A stretch of 64,000 nucleotides of DNA from Lama guanicoe. Lineage: Eukaryota. Under the pieces are notes generated by a model. That model ran no database searches and was not told the DNA's origin. It was given only the letters and a program-made list of their open reading frames with translations. Positions 36,315 through 49,386 of the stretch are shown here, one piece after another. The stretch's first letter is position 1, and each line of letters opens with the position of its first letter. The position numbers and the translations under genes are program-made. The stretch lies in the NCBI GenBank assembly GCA_013239625.1, contig MU054220.1:5440626-5504625 (forward strand), in the 5' to 3' direction.

Positions 36315-36630
36315 TGTTAAATTCTAAATTATCAAAGACAAGGAAATAAAATCAGACTGAAGGAGATAAAAGAGCCATGATAACAAAGTGATTCTGCAAA
36401 TGCATCTCTTCACTGTGAAGAAATTTTTTGGGACTACTGGCTTAAATGGGGTCTAAGGATTAGATGGTAGTAATATATTAGTGGTCATACCCAGATTTTG
36501 ATGATTGTACTGTGGTTATCTAAGAGAATGTTCTTTTCATGTTAAGTCCTTTGGGCAGGAGGAAAGTATTACCAGATGGGAATCTGGATCTACATAAAGA
36601 AATACAGAGCACTAGGAAATGATATCGATT
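36315..36630 (+). mobile_element. Old L1MC/MD fragments
   Basis: atcaaagacaaggaaa...cagactgaaggagataaaagagccatg...gattttgatgattgtactgtggttat, then an ORF1-end-like accagatgggaatctggatctaca. Confidence 0.7.
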
Positions 36631-36633
36631 AAA

Positions 36634-36660
36634 ACACACACACACACACACACACACACA
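36634..36660. repeat. (CA)n microsatellite
   Basis: Read directly from the sequence. Confidence 0.97.
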
Positions 36661-38559
36661 TTCACACTCTTTCCTGTAGACTTTCTCATGGAAACATTAC
36701 TAATTTCATTAACTTCAGTAACTTGTTATTGCCAGTGGAGGGAAGAGTTTTTTTAATTTTTTTCCTCTTGGAGAACTTTGTACTCTTTCAACAGCCAACA
36801 AAATCATAATATGTGTTGGAACAGACCACTGGTGAGAGTTTTTCAGGGATGAAAATTCTTTGAGAGCCAGAGTGTTTCTCTGAACATCACAGCTTCTATA
36901 GTTTCTCAGGGGCCCAAATCAAGCATAAAGTTTGACTTTGTTCCAAAGATAGGTGGGGCCCATTTCTCCCAGGAAGAATCATTACATCATTATCTGCCTA
37001 GTTATGGGTAGGAAGGTGGATTTTTTTTATACTTTTATCTTTAAATGTGGCTTTAAAAATATATAAAAACATGAGGAAAAATTAGAATATCACCTATAAC
37101 ACCATACAGAGATAGCCACTTTACTGTTTCATTGTGGTCCTGTCTGTTACCATACATATGTCATGTGTGTGAATTTCACTCTACAACTACATTGGCAAGA
37201 AGCAGGACACATTTTTACTTCTCCAAACTGAATTGAATTTCTTTGCACCCGTTTTGCTATTCTTTCTTCTTAGGGATTCACAAGAAATCTTGGGGCTTAC
37301 ATGGAACCCCCAAAGCAAGAGGCCACTAGTCTTTAATCCATTACAGTCCCAACTGAGAAATTCACTGACCAGTCTCTCTTGACCTTTCTTCTCTAGCCCA
37401 CCATACCTGGAAGCTTTATGTAAGGCTTTGAAAACTATAGTGCTCAACACCATGGCTCTCAGTGTTGAGGTTTCCAACACGTGCAAGCCACCTGGCCCAT
37501 AGTCCTGTCTTTTGGGCATCCTCTACTCATACATCTTTCCCAAATCCCCAACTCTGTTCATCTGCCTTATGACATTCCCTTTCCCCTGTTTCTTCTGTGT
37601 CTCAGAGCTCATATGCTCCACTCTATGCATAGACTTTAGCTCTTTGCCTCTGTCAGCCTTGACTTTTAATGACAAAGAAATTAGTCTCTCATGGAGATCT
37701 CTGGATTTCATGGTCCAAAGACTTACATCTCCCCCCACCCCAGGGATGGTTGTTATATATCGATTTCTTTTCAGTACTTTTGTAGGGAAAATACATCATT
37801 AATAAATTATCCTGCTATACATTTCATACTTTTGTATTTTGTGGTATTTAACTCTTTCAGCTCAGTTGAATACATATTTTTCGAGCAATGACGAAGCAAT
37901 GATGATGAAGACATTTTCTACAGTTGAAAAATGTATAGTTTGGTGAGGCACCTAGTCCCTCAAATGGCTACTTAAGAGTGTGAGTGATGGTCTAAGTAAC
38001 TACTTCTGAGAATGGGTCTCTCTTTTTCCCTCGACGTTCATGTCTCACTCTCTCTTTTTCACCTCCCTCTCTCCTTTTTTACACATAAGCACAGCTGCAA
38101 GTTACTAGCATCTGTGCTGCCACATAGGGAAGCAATTCAGCCATTCTTCAGGCTTAGTGGTGCCAGGAACCATGGGTGTTTCTGCTACCTGCCTTTTTAG
38201 TTGATTTCAACTCTTTACTTGACTGTCTTATCGTAGGAGTGGGAGTCATTGGTGTCCACAGACCCCTGCTGGGTGGAGAGATTAGCTCCAGATGCTGCTA
38301 TAATGTGTAGTCACCCAGGCAGAAATACCCCTCATTAAGACAAAATTTTGCCAGCAGAGATGCTTACCTGGCTTTTCCTACTGTGCGGTACCTGAATATT
38401 GACTGTGATTCTTCCACTGGTTCCACCCAATACTGACATTATAATGTTCGTAGAACAACTATTTAATTGGGCCTTGGAGAACAACAAAATAATTTATTTA
38501 AAGTGCCAACGTTTGGAATGAAAATTCTGTCAATATAGGAATGTAAATATAATACAAAC

Positions 38560-38780
38560 AGATGACATTTTATCGAACTCATTATGTACAGGTACTGTGC
38601 TCAGTGTTTTATGTTGAGTTAACCCATTTAATTTTCATCAGTCCATAAGGTAAATATAATTATCTTTCATTTTTTCATAAGGAAAACAATCTTTGAGTGT
38701 TTATACCAAGGTCAACAGAACGAATAACTGACAGAGCAAAATATTCTAGTCTCAGCAGCCATGCTTTTAACTATGAGATT
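38560..38780 (-). mobile_element. MIR SINE
   Basis: attatgtacaggtactgtgctcagtgtttt...ccaaggtcaacag...gccatgcttttaactat. Confidence 0.75.
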
Positions 38781-39070
38781 TCATTGTCTTAGAATATGTC
38801 TAAAACCTGTAAATTATATTCAACATAGTTCTGGTTTTACATTAGTTGCTTCTCACTTCCAGAGAAAGTTCCCATATTCTTGTCTTTACATGGTCTGCAT
38901 CAATATTTCTGGCATATTTTTAGGGTACTTTTTATAGTTTACAGAAAATTTTAGTTGTTGCATATAGATTTGCTCTAAGTTACCTATCAGTAAAATCCTT
39001 ATCAACTAATGTCTATGAAAATTTGTACCCACCTCTGCTAAATGCCAGTTTCTAATTACTCATCATGGAG

Positions 39071-39535
39071 TGTATTAGTCTCCTATTGTTGCTATAACAA
39101 ATTACCACAAAATTAGTGCCTTAAATAATGCAAGTTTATTATCTTACAGTTCTGGATGTCACAAGTCTGAACTGGGTCTCACTAGGCTAAAATCAAGGTG
39201 TCAATAGGGCTGTTTTCTTTCTGGAGGCTTTAGAGAAGTATCCACTTTCTTGCCTGTTTCAGGATCTAGAGGCTCCCACATTCTTGGCTTATGACCCCTT
39301 CTATGTAAAGTCTGCAATGATGGGCCAGGTCTCCCTCATACTGCATCTGGCATTGACTCTTCTGCTTCCACTTTTCACTTTTAAAGACGGGTGATTACAT
39401 TGGGACCACTTGGATAATCCAGGATAATCTCTTTATTTTAAAGTCAGCTGGTTAGGAATATGAATTCTATTTATAACCTTAATTCTCACCCTGAAAGGTA
39501 ACATTTTCACAGGTTCTGGGAATTAGGACATGGAG
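39071..39535 (-). mobile_element. MaLR solo LTR (MLT1D-like)
   Basis: tgtattagtctcctattgttgctataacaaattaccacaaa...aggctaaaatcaaggtgtc...gattacattgggaccacttggataatccaggataatct. Confidence 0.88.
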
Positions 39536-39697
39536 GCAGTTTTACCTCCCTTTGTCTGGAGTTTCTATATGCTTATCTCTGCACTCTGATTCAAATCTCT
39601 CTCCCTCTCTTCATTCTCTGCTATTCTCTGATAATCTACAAATCATTTATTAGGAGAAAGAGACCCTTTTTGATTGAGAGTGAGCTAAAATTAAAAT

Positions 39698-41090
39698 CCA
39701 GTCAATCAATGTGATATACCAACCACCTCAAGAAAAGAAAGGACAAAAATCACATGATTATCTCAAAAGATGCAGAAAAAGCATTTGATAAAATTCAACA
39801 TTCATACATGATATAAAATCTTACCAAAGTGGATATAGAGAGAACATATCTCAACATAACAAAAGTTATTGATGACAGACCCCCAGCCAACATAATACTC
39901 AACAGTGAAAAGTTGAAAGACTTCCTGCTAAAACGTGGCACAAGACAGGGATGCCCACTATCACTACTGTTCAACATAGTATTGGACGTCCTAGCCATCA
40001 GACAAGAAAAATAAATTAAAGGGATCCAATTCGGAAGAGAAGAGGTAAAATTGTCACTATATGCAGATGACATGATATTATATATTGAAAACCCTAAAGG
40101 CTTCACATAAAAACTATTAGAGCTGATAGATGAATTCAACAAAGTAGCAAGACACAAGATTAACATACAGGAATCTGTTGCATTTCTTCACAGTAACAAT
40201 AAAATATCAGAAAAGGAGAGTAGAGAAAAGATCCCTTCAAAGATAGCATCAGAAAATAAAATACTTAGGAATAAACTTGACCAAGGAGGTAAAAGATTTA
40301 TAGCAGAGAAGTATAAAACATTGATCAAGGAAATTAAAGATGATTTAAAGAAATGGAAAGATATCCCATGCTTTTGGATTAGAAGAATTAACATTGTTAA
40401 AATGGCCATACTACTCAAAGCAATCTACAGATTTAGTGCAATCCCTATCAAATTACCCAGGACATCTTTAACAGAACTAGAACAAACAATCCTAAAATTT
40501 ATATGGAATCACAAGAGTCCCAGAATTGCCAAACCAGTACTGAAGAAAAAGAAGAAAGCTGGAGAAACAACCCTCCTAGACTTCAGACAATACTATAGTA
40601 ATCAAAACAGCATGGTATTGGCATAAAAACAGACATATGGATCAATGAAACGGAATGGCGAGCACAGAAATAAACCTGCGCAACTACAGTCAACTAACCT
40701 TTGATAAAGGAGTCAAGAATATACAATGGAGACAAGAAAGTCTCTTAGGAAAGTGGTATTAGGAAACCTGAACAGCCGAATGTAAATCAGTGAAGTTTGA
40801 ACACTCCTTCACACCATAAACAAAAGTAAACTCAAAATGGCCTAAAGACTTACACATAAGACAAGGCACTATAAACCTCCTAGATGAGAACATAGGCAAA
40901 ATATTCCCTGATATAAATTTGTAGCAATGTTCTCCTAGGGCAGTCTACCAAGCCAATAGAAATAAAAGCAAAAATAAACAAATGGTACCTAATTAAACTT
41001 ACAAGCTTTATGTATATGTACGACTGAAACATTATGTTGTACACCAGAAATTGACACATTATAACTGACTATACTTCCAATTAAAAAAAA
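39698..41090 (+). mobile_element. Young L1: ORF2 reverse-transcriptase region fused to the extreme 3' end
   Basis: GTRQGCPLS (ORF 39829-40014), YADDM at 40060-40074, [18 protein letters not shown] (ORF 40321-40626); frameshifts; abrupt jump at ~41010 to the terminal 3' UTR and A-tail. Confidence 0.92.
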
Positions 41091-41299
41091 GTGACTTGCC
41101 AAGGACCAGCAGGCTTGAAGCTCTAGAAGACTGTAGCGGATGATTCCTGTTTCCTGTCCTCTAGTTCAAAAAGCTGGAGCCTTGGATGTGGTATACTTGG
41201 GGATACATTCTAGCTCTGGGTGAAGTGTTTCTCATGTGTTGGGGGAATAATGAGATCTGAGTGACTCTAAAGGCAAGGGGGCAATGTTGCTGACGGGGG

Positions 41300-41940
41300 T
41301 TTGAGTAATAATAGCTGCTGTTTTTGAACACTTCCATTATGCCAGGCCAGGTACTTCAGTGACCAGGTTATAGGCATGTTGTCACTTAATATTCACAACA
41401 GCTTTTTGTCTCCCTGTTACTGAGGTTTGTCAATATCTTATTATCTATTTTTTTTTCCAGGCACAAAAAAGATTGTACTTTTCAGTCCCATAGTGGGAAG
41501 AGGTTACAAGCCAGTTCCTATAAGTATGACACATGAGCAGAAATGACAGACTTCATTTCCAGGCTGAGGCTGGGTGAAGCCCTGAGTGGTCCTTCAGGCG
41601 CTCTCTTCCTCTCCACTCCTGAGACAATGACAGAGGTTCTGGTCTTCCTGGCTGCCAATAAGGTGCTTGATGGTGGGTAGTGGAGCCCCCTGCTGACTCA
41701 TGTTGGACACACAGCTTTAGTGGCAAATACACTTTTGGTGACCGCAGCCCCTGAGTCTATGTGTGGGATTGCTAGCTGAACCTAGCCCTTGCAAATATAA
41801 GAAGGCATTGCTATCTCCAGTGTTAGCTGATGAAACTTAGGAGCAGACTAGTTAAGTGGATTGCTAGTAATTGACAGAGCATTGATGCAATAAGTCCCTG
41901 CCCCTACTTCAGAGCCCCTGCTGGAAATCCATGTCACCAC
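41300..41940 (-). mobile_element. MIR SINE split by an MLT1 LTR
   Basis: ttgtcacttaatattcacaacagc on the left; resumes aggcattgctatctccagtgttagctgatgaaacttagg...gttaagtggattg after 41800. Confidence 0.6.
41412..41799 (+). mobile_element. MaLR solo LTR (MLT1I/J-like)
   Basis: tgagcagaaatgacagacttcatttccaggctgaggc; gagccccctgctgactcatgttggacac; gcccctgagtctatg. Confidence 0.7.
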
Positions 41941-42849
41941 ATTACTGTCTCCTGCGGCTTTTGAGGATAAACTACTTTTGAGGAAGCGTTGGCACGTTTG
42001 TACAGCCAAGCATGATGTCTTTGGGTTTTTTTTTTCACTCTGAGTCTGTTCAAAACTTCCTGTTTTCTTTTATTCCCTTGTCTCCTTCTTTATTCTGAGC
42101 CTGTGCCCTCAAATAACTTCAAGCTCTTTAAAAAATTAAGCACAGTTCTAGTTTTCTCTCCACACTTAAGGGTGTTTTGCACGTGCCCTTGAATGATTTT
42201 CAACTTTAGATAAGTCCTCCATCTCTCTCCCTCTCTGTGGTCCCTGAGAGGTATGTCTGCTTCCAGCTCTTTCATGGAAGAAACCACTTTGTTCTAAACA
42301 AACACAAAGAGGGAAGAGTGAGAGTATTGGAAAGGCAGAGAACAAAGACAGCAGCTTAGCTGAGGCAGGGAGGAGGGCAGACCTGGTGTTAAGCTGGAGC
42401 GAGGGAAAGAAGCAGGAACAACGCATACCTGGTGACTCGATCATCTCATATTTGCTTTCCTAGGGGTGCCCACTTGAGCTGCGTTTTTCACCCTTCAGGG
42501 TGAAAGGAGGAAGGAAGCCTCTCTGCCTTTGATTTGGCTCCAGAGAATGACTATGGCTGAGAAAAGTTAATTGTTGGAAAACAGGCTTGGCTCTGTTCCT
42601 GTGCAGCCAGATCCTTCTGGTTTCCCGACCAGACCCGGCTGCTTTGCATAAGGCTTATTGCTGTGAGACATAAGACAGCAAGAAGCTCTTCAAAGATTTA
42701 ATTTTTTTAAGTGGGAGAAGGGTTTTGGCCATAAATGAAAGAAGTCACAAAGTGAGAGCAGTGAGAGATAAGCTAGAGGAATTTTAAATCTCCATTCTCC
42801 CCTGGAAAGAGGAGTCTTAGAGAGTTTATGAATGCTCAAAAAGCTAACA

Positions 42850-43315
42850 TACAGCAATGGGAACAAACCTTTTGTATGGCCCAGAAAGGCAGAAATAAAT
42901 TCTGTCGGGGAGAGTTACAGGGGCAAGTTTGGGGGAAAAATAAAAACAACAAAAAAACTGTTCCTAATATACCTACAATAAAGGAAAGGTGTTAAAATGG
43001 TATTAAGGTTCTATTAACTGGAATGAGTTTAAACAAAAGTGAGGAAAAACTATAAGAGGGACTCAAACAACTGAAAGGCACAATGTCCTTAACTGTGCCC
43101 TGTCATAGTTGACCTCCTTCAGAATCAGCTAAGGGTTAAGGGGCCTGTTAATAATGCCTGTTTCTGGGCTTCACTTCAGACTCAGGGTTTGAAAATGTCT
43201 TCAAGTTGGGGCTAGACTCTGAGTTCCCTCAGAAAATCTTTTATAGTTTGAGGACCACTCTTAGTTACGGTAGGATGATGTTCTAAGATACTTTTTGATT
43301 CTGAGAATTTGTGGC
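42850..43315 (+). mobile_element. CR1/L3 3' remnant interrupted by a MER5-like hAT element (~43082-43260)
   Basis: tgtatggcccagaaaggcagaaat...agttacaggggcaagttt (L3-like); cagaatcagctaaggg...tgtttctgggcttcacttcagac...agtttgaggaccact (MER5-like); taggatgatgttctaagata...ttctgag tail. Confidence 0.5.
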
Positions 43316-43409
43316 TTATGTTCTGAACTTCTTTGCTGTTGACAAGATATGCATCTTTCAACAAATCATTTAATCCTTCAATTTCCCTTATCTATTCAGA
43401 TGATGTCAG

Positions 43410-43520
43410 ATGCATTTAGAGACTTAAAAATTAATACGTATTCCTGGCTTCTGCCCCTGGAAATTCAGGTGCAGGAAGTCTAGGGTAATTTGTATGGTCA
43501 GCCAGTTTTGGGAACCAATG
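43410..43520. mobile_element. MER5A-like fragment
   Basis: attcctggcttctgcccctggaaattcag...cagccagttttgggaaccaatg. Confidence 0.55.
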
Positions 43521-45324
43521 AACTAAATTATCTCCAAGGATTTTCTAGCATCAAAAATTTATGAGTCTGCATTATTTAAAGTTATCAAAAATGTGTTATG
43601 CCCCATCTTATACATTATCTTCTCCAGGCAGGATGTTTTAGGAACTGGCTTCCTTTTCTGGACCAAATTTTGATTGTTTATTTTTCAAAATCATAGTGAG
43701 GTAGACATTATCCAGGAATATGCTTCGCCTCCCCCCTGCCCCAACTTTAGCAAATGTAGACTCAAACTACTATAATACCACAAGATAGCCAAGTATTACC
43801 CTCATTGTGCCCACCTTCTTCCAGAGATGATTTTATATGATTGTATGGGCTCCAGAATTCTAATGGCTTCCTGGAGACAGGGCAGATAGCACTGGATTGC
43901 CTGCTGTTTGCATCATACTCTGTGGACTGACTACACTAAGGGATTGTTATGGAATCAAGAGGTCTCCTGACCCTTTTAAATTTTTCTCTCCCAAAGAAGA
44001 AATTATGGATCAAAATGAATTCTAATCACAATACTCTCTGACTTACTTAAAATAACCAGCAAAAATTTTCTTAGTCTTTTATAAAAATACACAATTCAAG
44101 CATATATGGCTTCTTAATACAGGGAGACTTTAAGGGAGGAAATTTTTAGATCACACATGATTTTCTAAGTATCACCGATATGTAGCTTGTATTTTAGAAA
44201 GAATTCAGATAATGTAGTATATCTGATACAGAAAAAACCCCACAGTTATTCAATATATCTATTCTTGGGAGGAGGAGAAGTCATTACCTGGTAATCCCAG
44301 GAGTCTCATAAAGGAACATTTCCTGGGTTTCCATGCACAGAGTTTGAGGGCTGACAGGATATCCAAGTGAGTCATTAAATATAACCTATATGCTTGTGGC
44401 TCTATCCTAAACAACGGGGCAGATGTCCAAAGATAACCCCTGTGTTCTGAGCCTATATTTTAAACTGAGATTCCTTTATTATCCTGAAAATATTTTTGGA
44501 AGGGATTCCTTAAGCCTGATGTTGGAACATTAAATGGCTTCCAACTTCAGCAGCTCTAGTGTAGACTATTTCTTTGTAATGCCTTTGACTTTCTGAAATA
44601 ATCTTTCTTAAGAATTTGCCTCTTCTAGGAGAAGCAGGTGCCTATTAACAGTTAACTTTATTTCTGCTACCATAGTGAGTCCTTCGAAATCAGAGTGACG
44701 CTTGGTTTCTCTCTGTCCCTCAAGTCAAAGAGACTCACGGCAATCCTCATTCTTAGCACAAAATTCACATGGAGATAATTGAAAAAATAAGAAGATGAGA
44801 GAGAGGGAGAGAATTTCTGACAATTCTGACACTGCCAGAGATGGGACTTGGTGGATGTAGGTCTAGGACGCGGCTAAGGAGTCAGCATTTTAACAGCAGT
44901 CTTACGCATGATTCACTTTGGGGGATGCAATCCTCATTCTCTCTTGGCAATGAATGTGGCTTGTGGGTTAGAATGGGGCAGCTTTTTACCCTCTGCATTA
45001 CCTCTGGACATTATGTCTGCACACTGGTTGCCTTGTTTTGAAAAGCCATGGACATATATCTTACAAATAAAAAAAATTGACAGGAGTAAGAAAAATCATT
45101 TGACTCTTAAAAGTGGAAGTGAAGAGAAGCGAGTTCGAGAAATCTTGCTTGAGTTTTGAACAGATTCAGACAAAAACCTCTTATATACACACCAGTTTGG
45201 AGACTTAAATGTATTAGAGAGTTATTTTAAATAAGGACAAGGAAGGGAAAAAACAGAATCAATCAGAAAGATCGTAAGTGAGTAATATTTAGACAGTGAT
45301 CTTACTTAAATAATAGATGGTATT

Positions 45325-45560
45325 TGTTCCTTCATTCCTCCATTTATTCATTATTTATTGAGAATCTACTACAAATGAAGTTCTATGCTAGGCACAGTTA
45401 GGAATTTTAACAGAGTATCTTCAAAATCATGCACCATACTTTCTTTAGGAGCTTAGGATGTAGTAGGAAATTCAGGGCAAGTTTACCTAAAAGGTTACAT
45501 AACAACACAAGACAAACAATGTCACCAGGCAGCATATGATCACGTGCTAAGGAAGTGGGA
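45325..45560 (-). mobile_element. L2 3' end
   Basis: ttcattcctccatttattcattatttattgagaatctactac...tatgctaggcac. Confidence 0.7.
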
Positions 45561-45774
45561 CAGATGTGTGTCACGATATACCTGTCTCTCTGCTACCTGA
45601 TATCTCCTACCAACCTGTTCTGTTCTATTCTGTTCGGTCTGCCCTTTGGCATTAAGTCCAACCCCAAAAGACCATCTTTAGAAAACATCTTATTAGGAGA
45701 AACTGGCTTGATAATCAAGATTCCTTTTTCTGGCCCTTGAAGCCTCTTCACCTGCTCGCTTTCCTTGAAATTTC

Positions 45775-45899
45775 TTTTTTTTTTTATTTAATTTTACTTT
45801 TTTAAAATTGAAGTACAGTCAGTTACAATGTGTCGATCTCTGGTGTACAGCACAGTGTCCCAGTCTTGCATATGCATACATATATTTGTTTTCATAATG
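45775..45899 (-). mobile_element. Young camelid-type L1 3' end, very short
   Basis: PolyT then attgaagtacagtcagttacaatgtgtcgatctctggtgtacagcac; TSD cttgaaatttc (45764-45774) / cttgaaatatc (45900-45910). Confidence 0.88.
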
Positions 45900-46059
45900 C
45901 TTGAAATATCAATGCTTGTACATCACACCATGTTGGCAACAAGCTTGGTGTTTTGTCCCATGGACTTGTCTTTAATATTTGTTAGAGATATTTCTCTTGC
46001 TAGACACCTAATCTGATTTAGGTATGGATGAATCCAAAGTGTAAATTATGCCAGCATTC

Positions 46060-46310
46060 ATTCTTACTTTCTCTGTCCCAGCTCTGTCTTTTCTTCATTA
46101 GCTTGAAACATTGGTAAGCTCTGTCTTTTGGTAGCAGAGAAGGTTCATGGCAGCACCAAGCTTATGTTTTTACAATGCCGTCATTTTAAAGGGAGAGTGC
46201 TTTTTTTAAACTCACATTTCTAGCAGATATCATAAAGAGGAAAGTAATAACCCAGGCTCAACTAACAACTGTGATCTAGGTGATTGATTTTGTTTTCACT
46301 CCTGGGGTTA
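46060..46310 (-). mobile_element. Degraded MLT1 (J/K-like) LTR fragment
   Basis: ctctgtcccagctctgtcttttcttcattagctt...ggcagcaccaagctt...aacaactgtgatctagg. Confidence 0.45.
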
Positions 46311-47174
46311 GTGAGTGATAGAAACCCAAAGACCTGGTGGGCATGGTCCCAACACCTTGCCCTTCCAATTATGATAAAAGAGGTATAATTTTATGAATAT
46401 ACTAATAATTGCCATATGCTTTCAATCTACATAAAAACACAAATGCATTTTAATAAATACATGTCTGGCTGCATATAGCACTCCTTAAATAAAACTCATC
46501 AGTGCTCCAAAATGTAGCAAGAAAGATACAGGAATGATAACTGATTTTATCAAATAAATAGAAAAGAACTTGAACTCCCCAAATTCTCATGATTGTTAAG
46601 ACAAGTGCCTGCCTTTATTATTTCTTTTATGTTAGTACAAACCACCTTAACTCTATTATACAATGGAAAACTGGCAATTGTTGTCTTTTATTATTATTTA
46701 CAGCTGACACTGATTATTTACTGCATGGGAAAGTAAAATGCTGTCAAGGGAATCCTGCAATAATTAGTTTCAAAGGTGTATGTGCATGAATGGGGAAGGA
46801 AGTAATTATAAATAAATTTGCAGGTTGCGTTCAATAAATTCTCTTTAGGGTAAGTACATTTATTTAAAAAATTCCATTGGAAATATATCAAAGCTATATT
46901 TCCTCTTGTAATTGACTTTACCAACACACATCCCTGGGACTATTCGTAGGATCTGTTCACAATACAGGGACTTTCTGGGTATTATATTATTTGAAACAGT
47001 TCAAGGACCAAAATTGAGATGGTCATTTTAAAAGGAGAGAAAAAAACTGTAACGACCTAAGGAGACTTAAAGAAAATCGATTATCTGGTAGGTTAAGATT
47101 AATTGAAAATACTTTTCTATTTCCTTGGCTCCTAGTGGGATGTCCTTCAGATATCTTCCGTGATATAGTCACAT

Positions 47175-47400
47175 GAAATGTGAGAAAGAACTGTGGTTTG
47201 GGATTTAGGCAGACACAGGTTCAAATCCTGCTTCTACCACCAACTAGCCAAATAACTGTGGCAAAGTCTAAGTTTCCTTTTCCATATGATGGAATTCAAA
47301 TAGATTATAGTATCAGTAAGAGCATCGATTGAGATAATGTTTGTTCATAAAGTGCTTACTGAAGTACCTGGCAAAACAGAAATACTCAGTAGAAGTCAGT
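47175..47400 (+). mobile_element. MIR SINE
   Basis: ggcagacacaggttcaaatcctgcttctaccaccaactagc...gattgagataatgt...aagtgctt. Confidence 0.85.
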
Positions 47401-47679
47401 TTCCTCTGCTTAACTTTTGGAAGTACCAAAGAGAATCTGAGGCATGGGGAGCCATTTAGATTTCTGTAGTACATCATCTAACTTCTTCTTTGAAATGTTT
47501 CTTTTCTTAGATGAAGTGCTTAATGGTCACCAGGGAACATCTCAGGAAAGGATGGAGTTTCCAAATGACTTCGACACTGCCCTTGTTTCTTGTTTGTTCT
47601 AGCAGGTGGTAAACATAGGAACTCTTACCCACCTCTGTTCTGGAAAGAAGGTGGGCCTGTAGGACCCTAATAGAAAGCG

Positions 47680-49152
47680 GATTTACTTTTTACAAAAGCA
47701 TAAAGGTAATTCAATGGAGAAAGTAAAATATTTTCAACAAACCAGCTGAATCCACTGGATAGCCATATAGAAAAATAAAATAAAACTTTAAGCTCAATTC
47801 TTTTCTCCTGCCATATGCAAAAATTAATTTGAGCTAAATAATATACCTAAAGGAAAACATTATTTACAACCTTGGGGTAAACAAAAATTTCTTAGAGATC
47901 AGAAAGCACTAAAAAAATAGAAAAATATGTTTGATCTCATCAAACTAAAAATTAAAAAAATCTCTGTTTATCACAAGCCACCATTGAAAGAATGGAAAGC
48001 TATTGTCTGAAGAAAATATTTCCAATGCATATTTCTGACAAATGGTTAGTATCTAGAACATAAACAAACAAACAAAACCCCCAAAACAATTTCTCAATGA
48101 AAAGATAAACAACCCTAAAAAAGTAGAATAGGCATTTTACAGAAGAAGATATACAAATGGCCAAGAAGCATACATATTCAATATCACAAGATATGACTTT
48201 CTACCTAGTATAATGGCTAAAATTAAGAAGACTGATTATATGAAATGTTTGTGAAGATATAGATAAACTGGAATTTTAAAAACTTAGTTAATTTTAAATT
48301 TATTTTTATGATAACGCTGATACATAACATTATATAAGTTTCATGTGTGCAACATTATATTTTTACTTCTGTATGCACTACAGTGTGCTCACCACCAAGA
48401 ATGTGGTTTCTATCCATCACTATACTGCTGAAAGGAGCTGTTCTACCAGAAACACTAAGGCAAAAGTACACAAAACTCTGAGTAAAGTGATAAATAGAGA
48501 TAATTATAAAATTGCAACTAGAAATACGTTTTACATACTATAAAATAATATAACCCCTTTGGAAAACAATTTGGCAATTTCTTAGAAAGTTCAACAACCA
48601 CCTACCCTATGGCATAGCAATTTCGTTTCTAAATATTTCCTGAAGAGGTATGAAGACATACATCCACAAAAAGACATGTACAAAATTTTTGTAACAGTGT
48701 GTGTTTTTTTTTGTAAGAGGTCAAACTGTAAAGTATCCAAATAGTCACCAACAGACAGACAAATTGTGATATATATTCCAGCAATATAATAATAATCAGC
48801 AATAAAATGATGAACAGACTATTATTACACAGGCAACAATATGGATAAATCTCAAAAATACGCTGAGCAGAAGAACCTAGTCAAGGAAAGAATACACGCT
48901 GTGCATTTACATTTATGAGAAGGTCTTTAACAGACAGAAGTAAATTATGATGGTAAATGTTAACAGCAGTGGTTTCCTAGGGGAGTGCTGGATTGCCTGA
49001 AAGGAACACAAAGGAACTTTCTGGGTGATGGAAATGCTCTACATCCTGATTGGAATGATGTTTATTCACATATATGCATTTGTCAAAACTCATCAAAGTG
49101 TTAACTTAAGTGGGTGCATTTTATTGTTTATAAATTGTACTTTAGAAGATAG
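47680..49152 (+). mobile_element. L1ME-type ORF2 end plus 3' UTR, with a nested antisense L1
   Basis: aggcattttacagaagaagatatacaaatggccaagaagca; ggaactttctgggtgatggaaatgctctacatcctgatt. Confidence 0.85.
48285..48430 (-). mobile_element. Short Laurasiatherian-type L1 3' end nested in the L1ME
   Basis: ataacattatataagtttcatgtgtgcaacattatatttttacttctgtatgcactacagtgtgctcaccaccaag. Confidence 0.7.
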
Positions 49153-49386
49153 AAAATGGAATGCAGAGGAGTATGTGTAATTATACAATTATCAGGGCAA
49201 TTCCTTACGAAAATAGTATTCAGTTTCTTCAGAATAGTCTAATAATCTTTGGCTCCAAAGGCACAAAGTTTCTCTCATCCCAAAGTTGCTATCATCCACA
49301 TTTCTGTACACTTGACAAGGAGATACAGAAAGTAGGTTCATATCTATGACCAGTCAGTACTGCTTCTGCTCATGGTGTCTTGGTGG

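Noticed and set aside
39829..40626. Reverse transcriptase ORFs with YADD motif as an active retroelement or novel RT system
   Set aside because: Ordinary L1 ORF2 fragments, 5'-truncated and frameshifted
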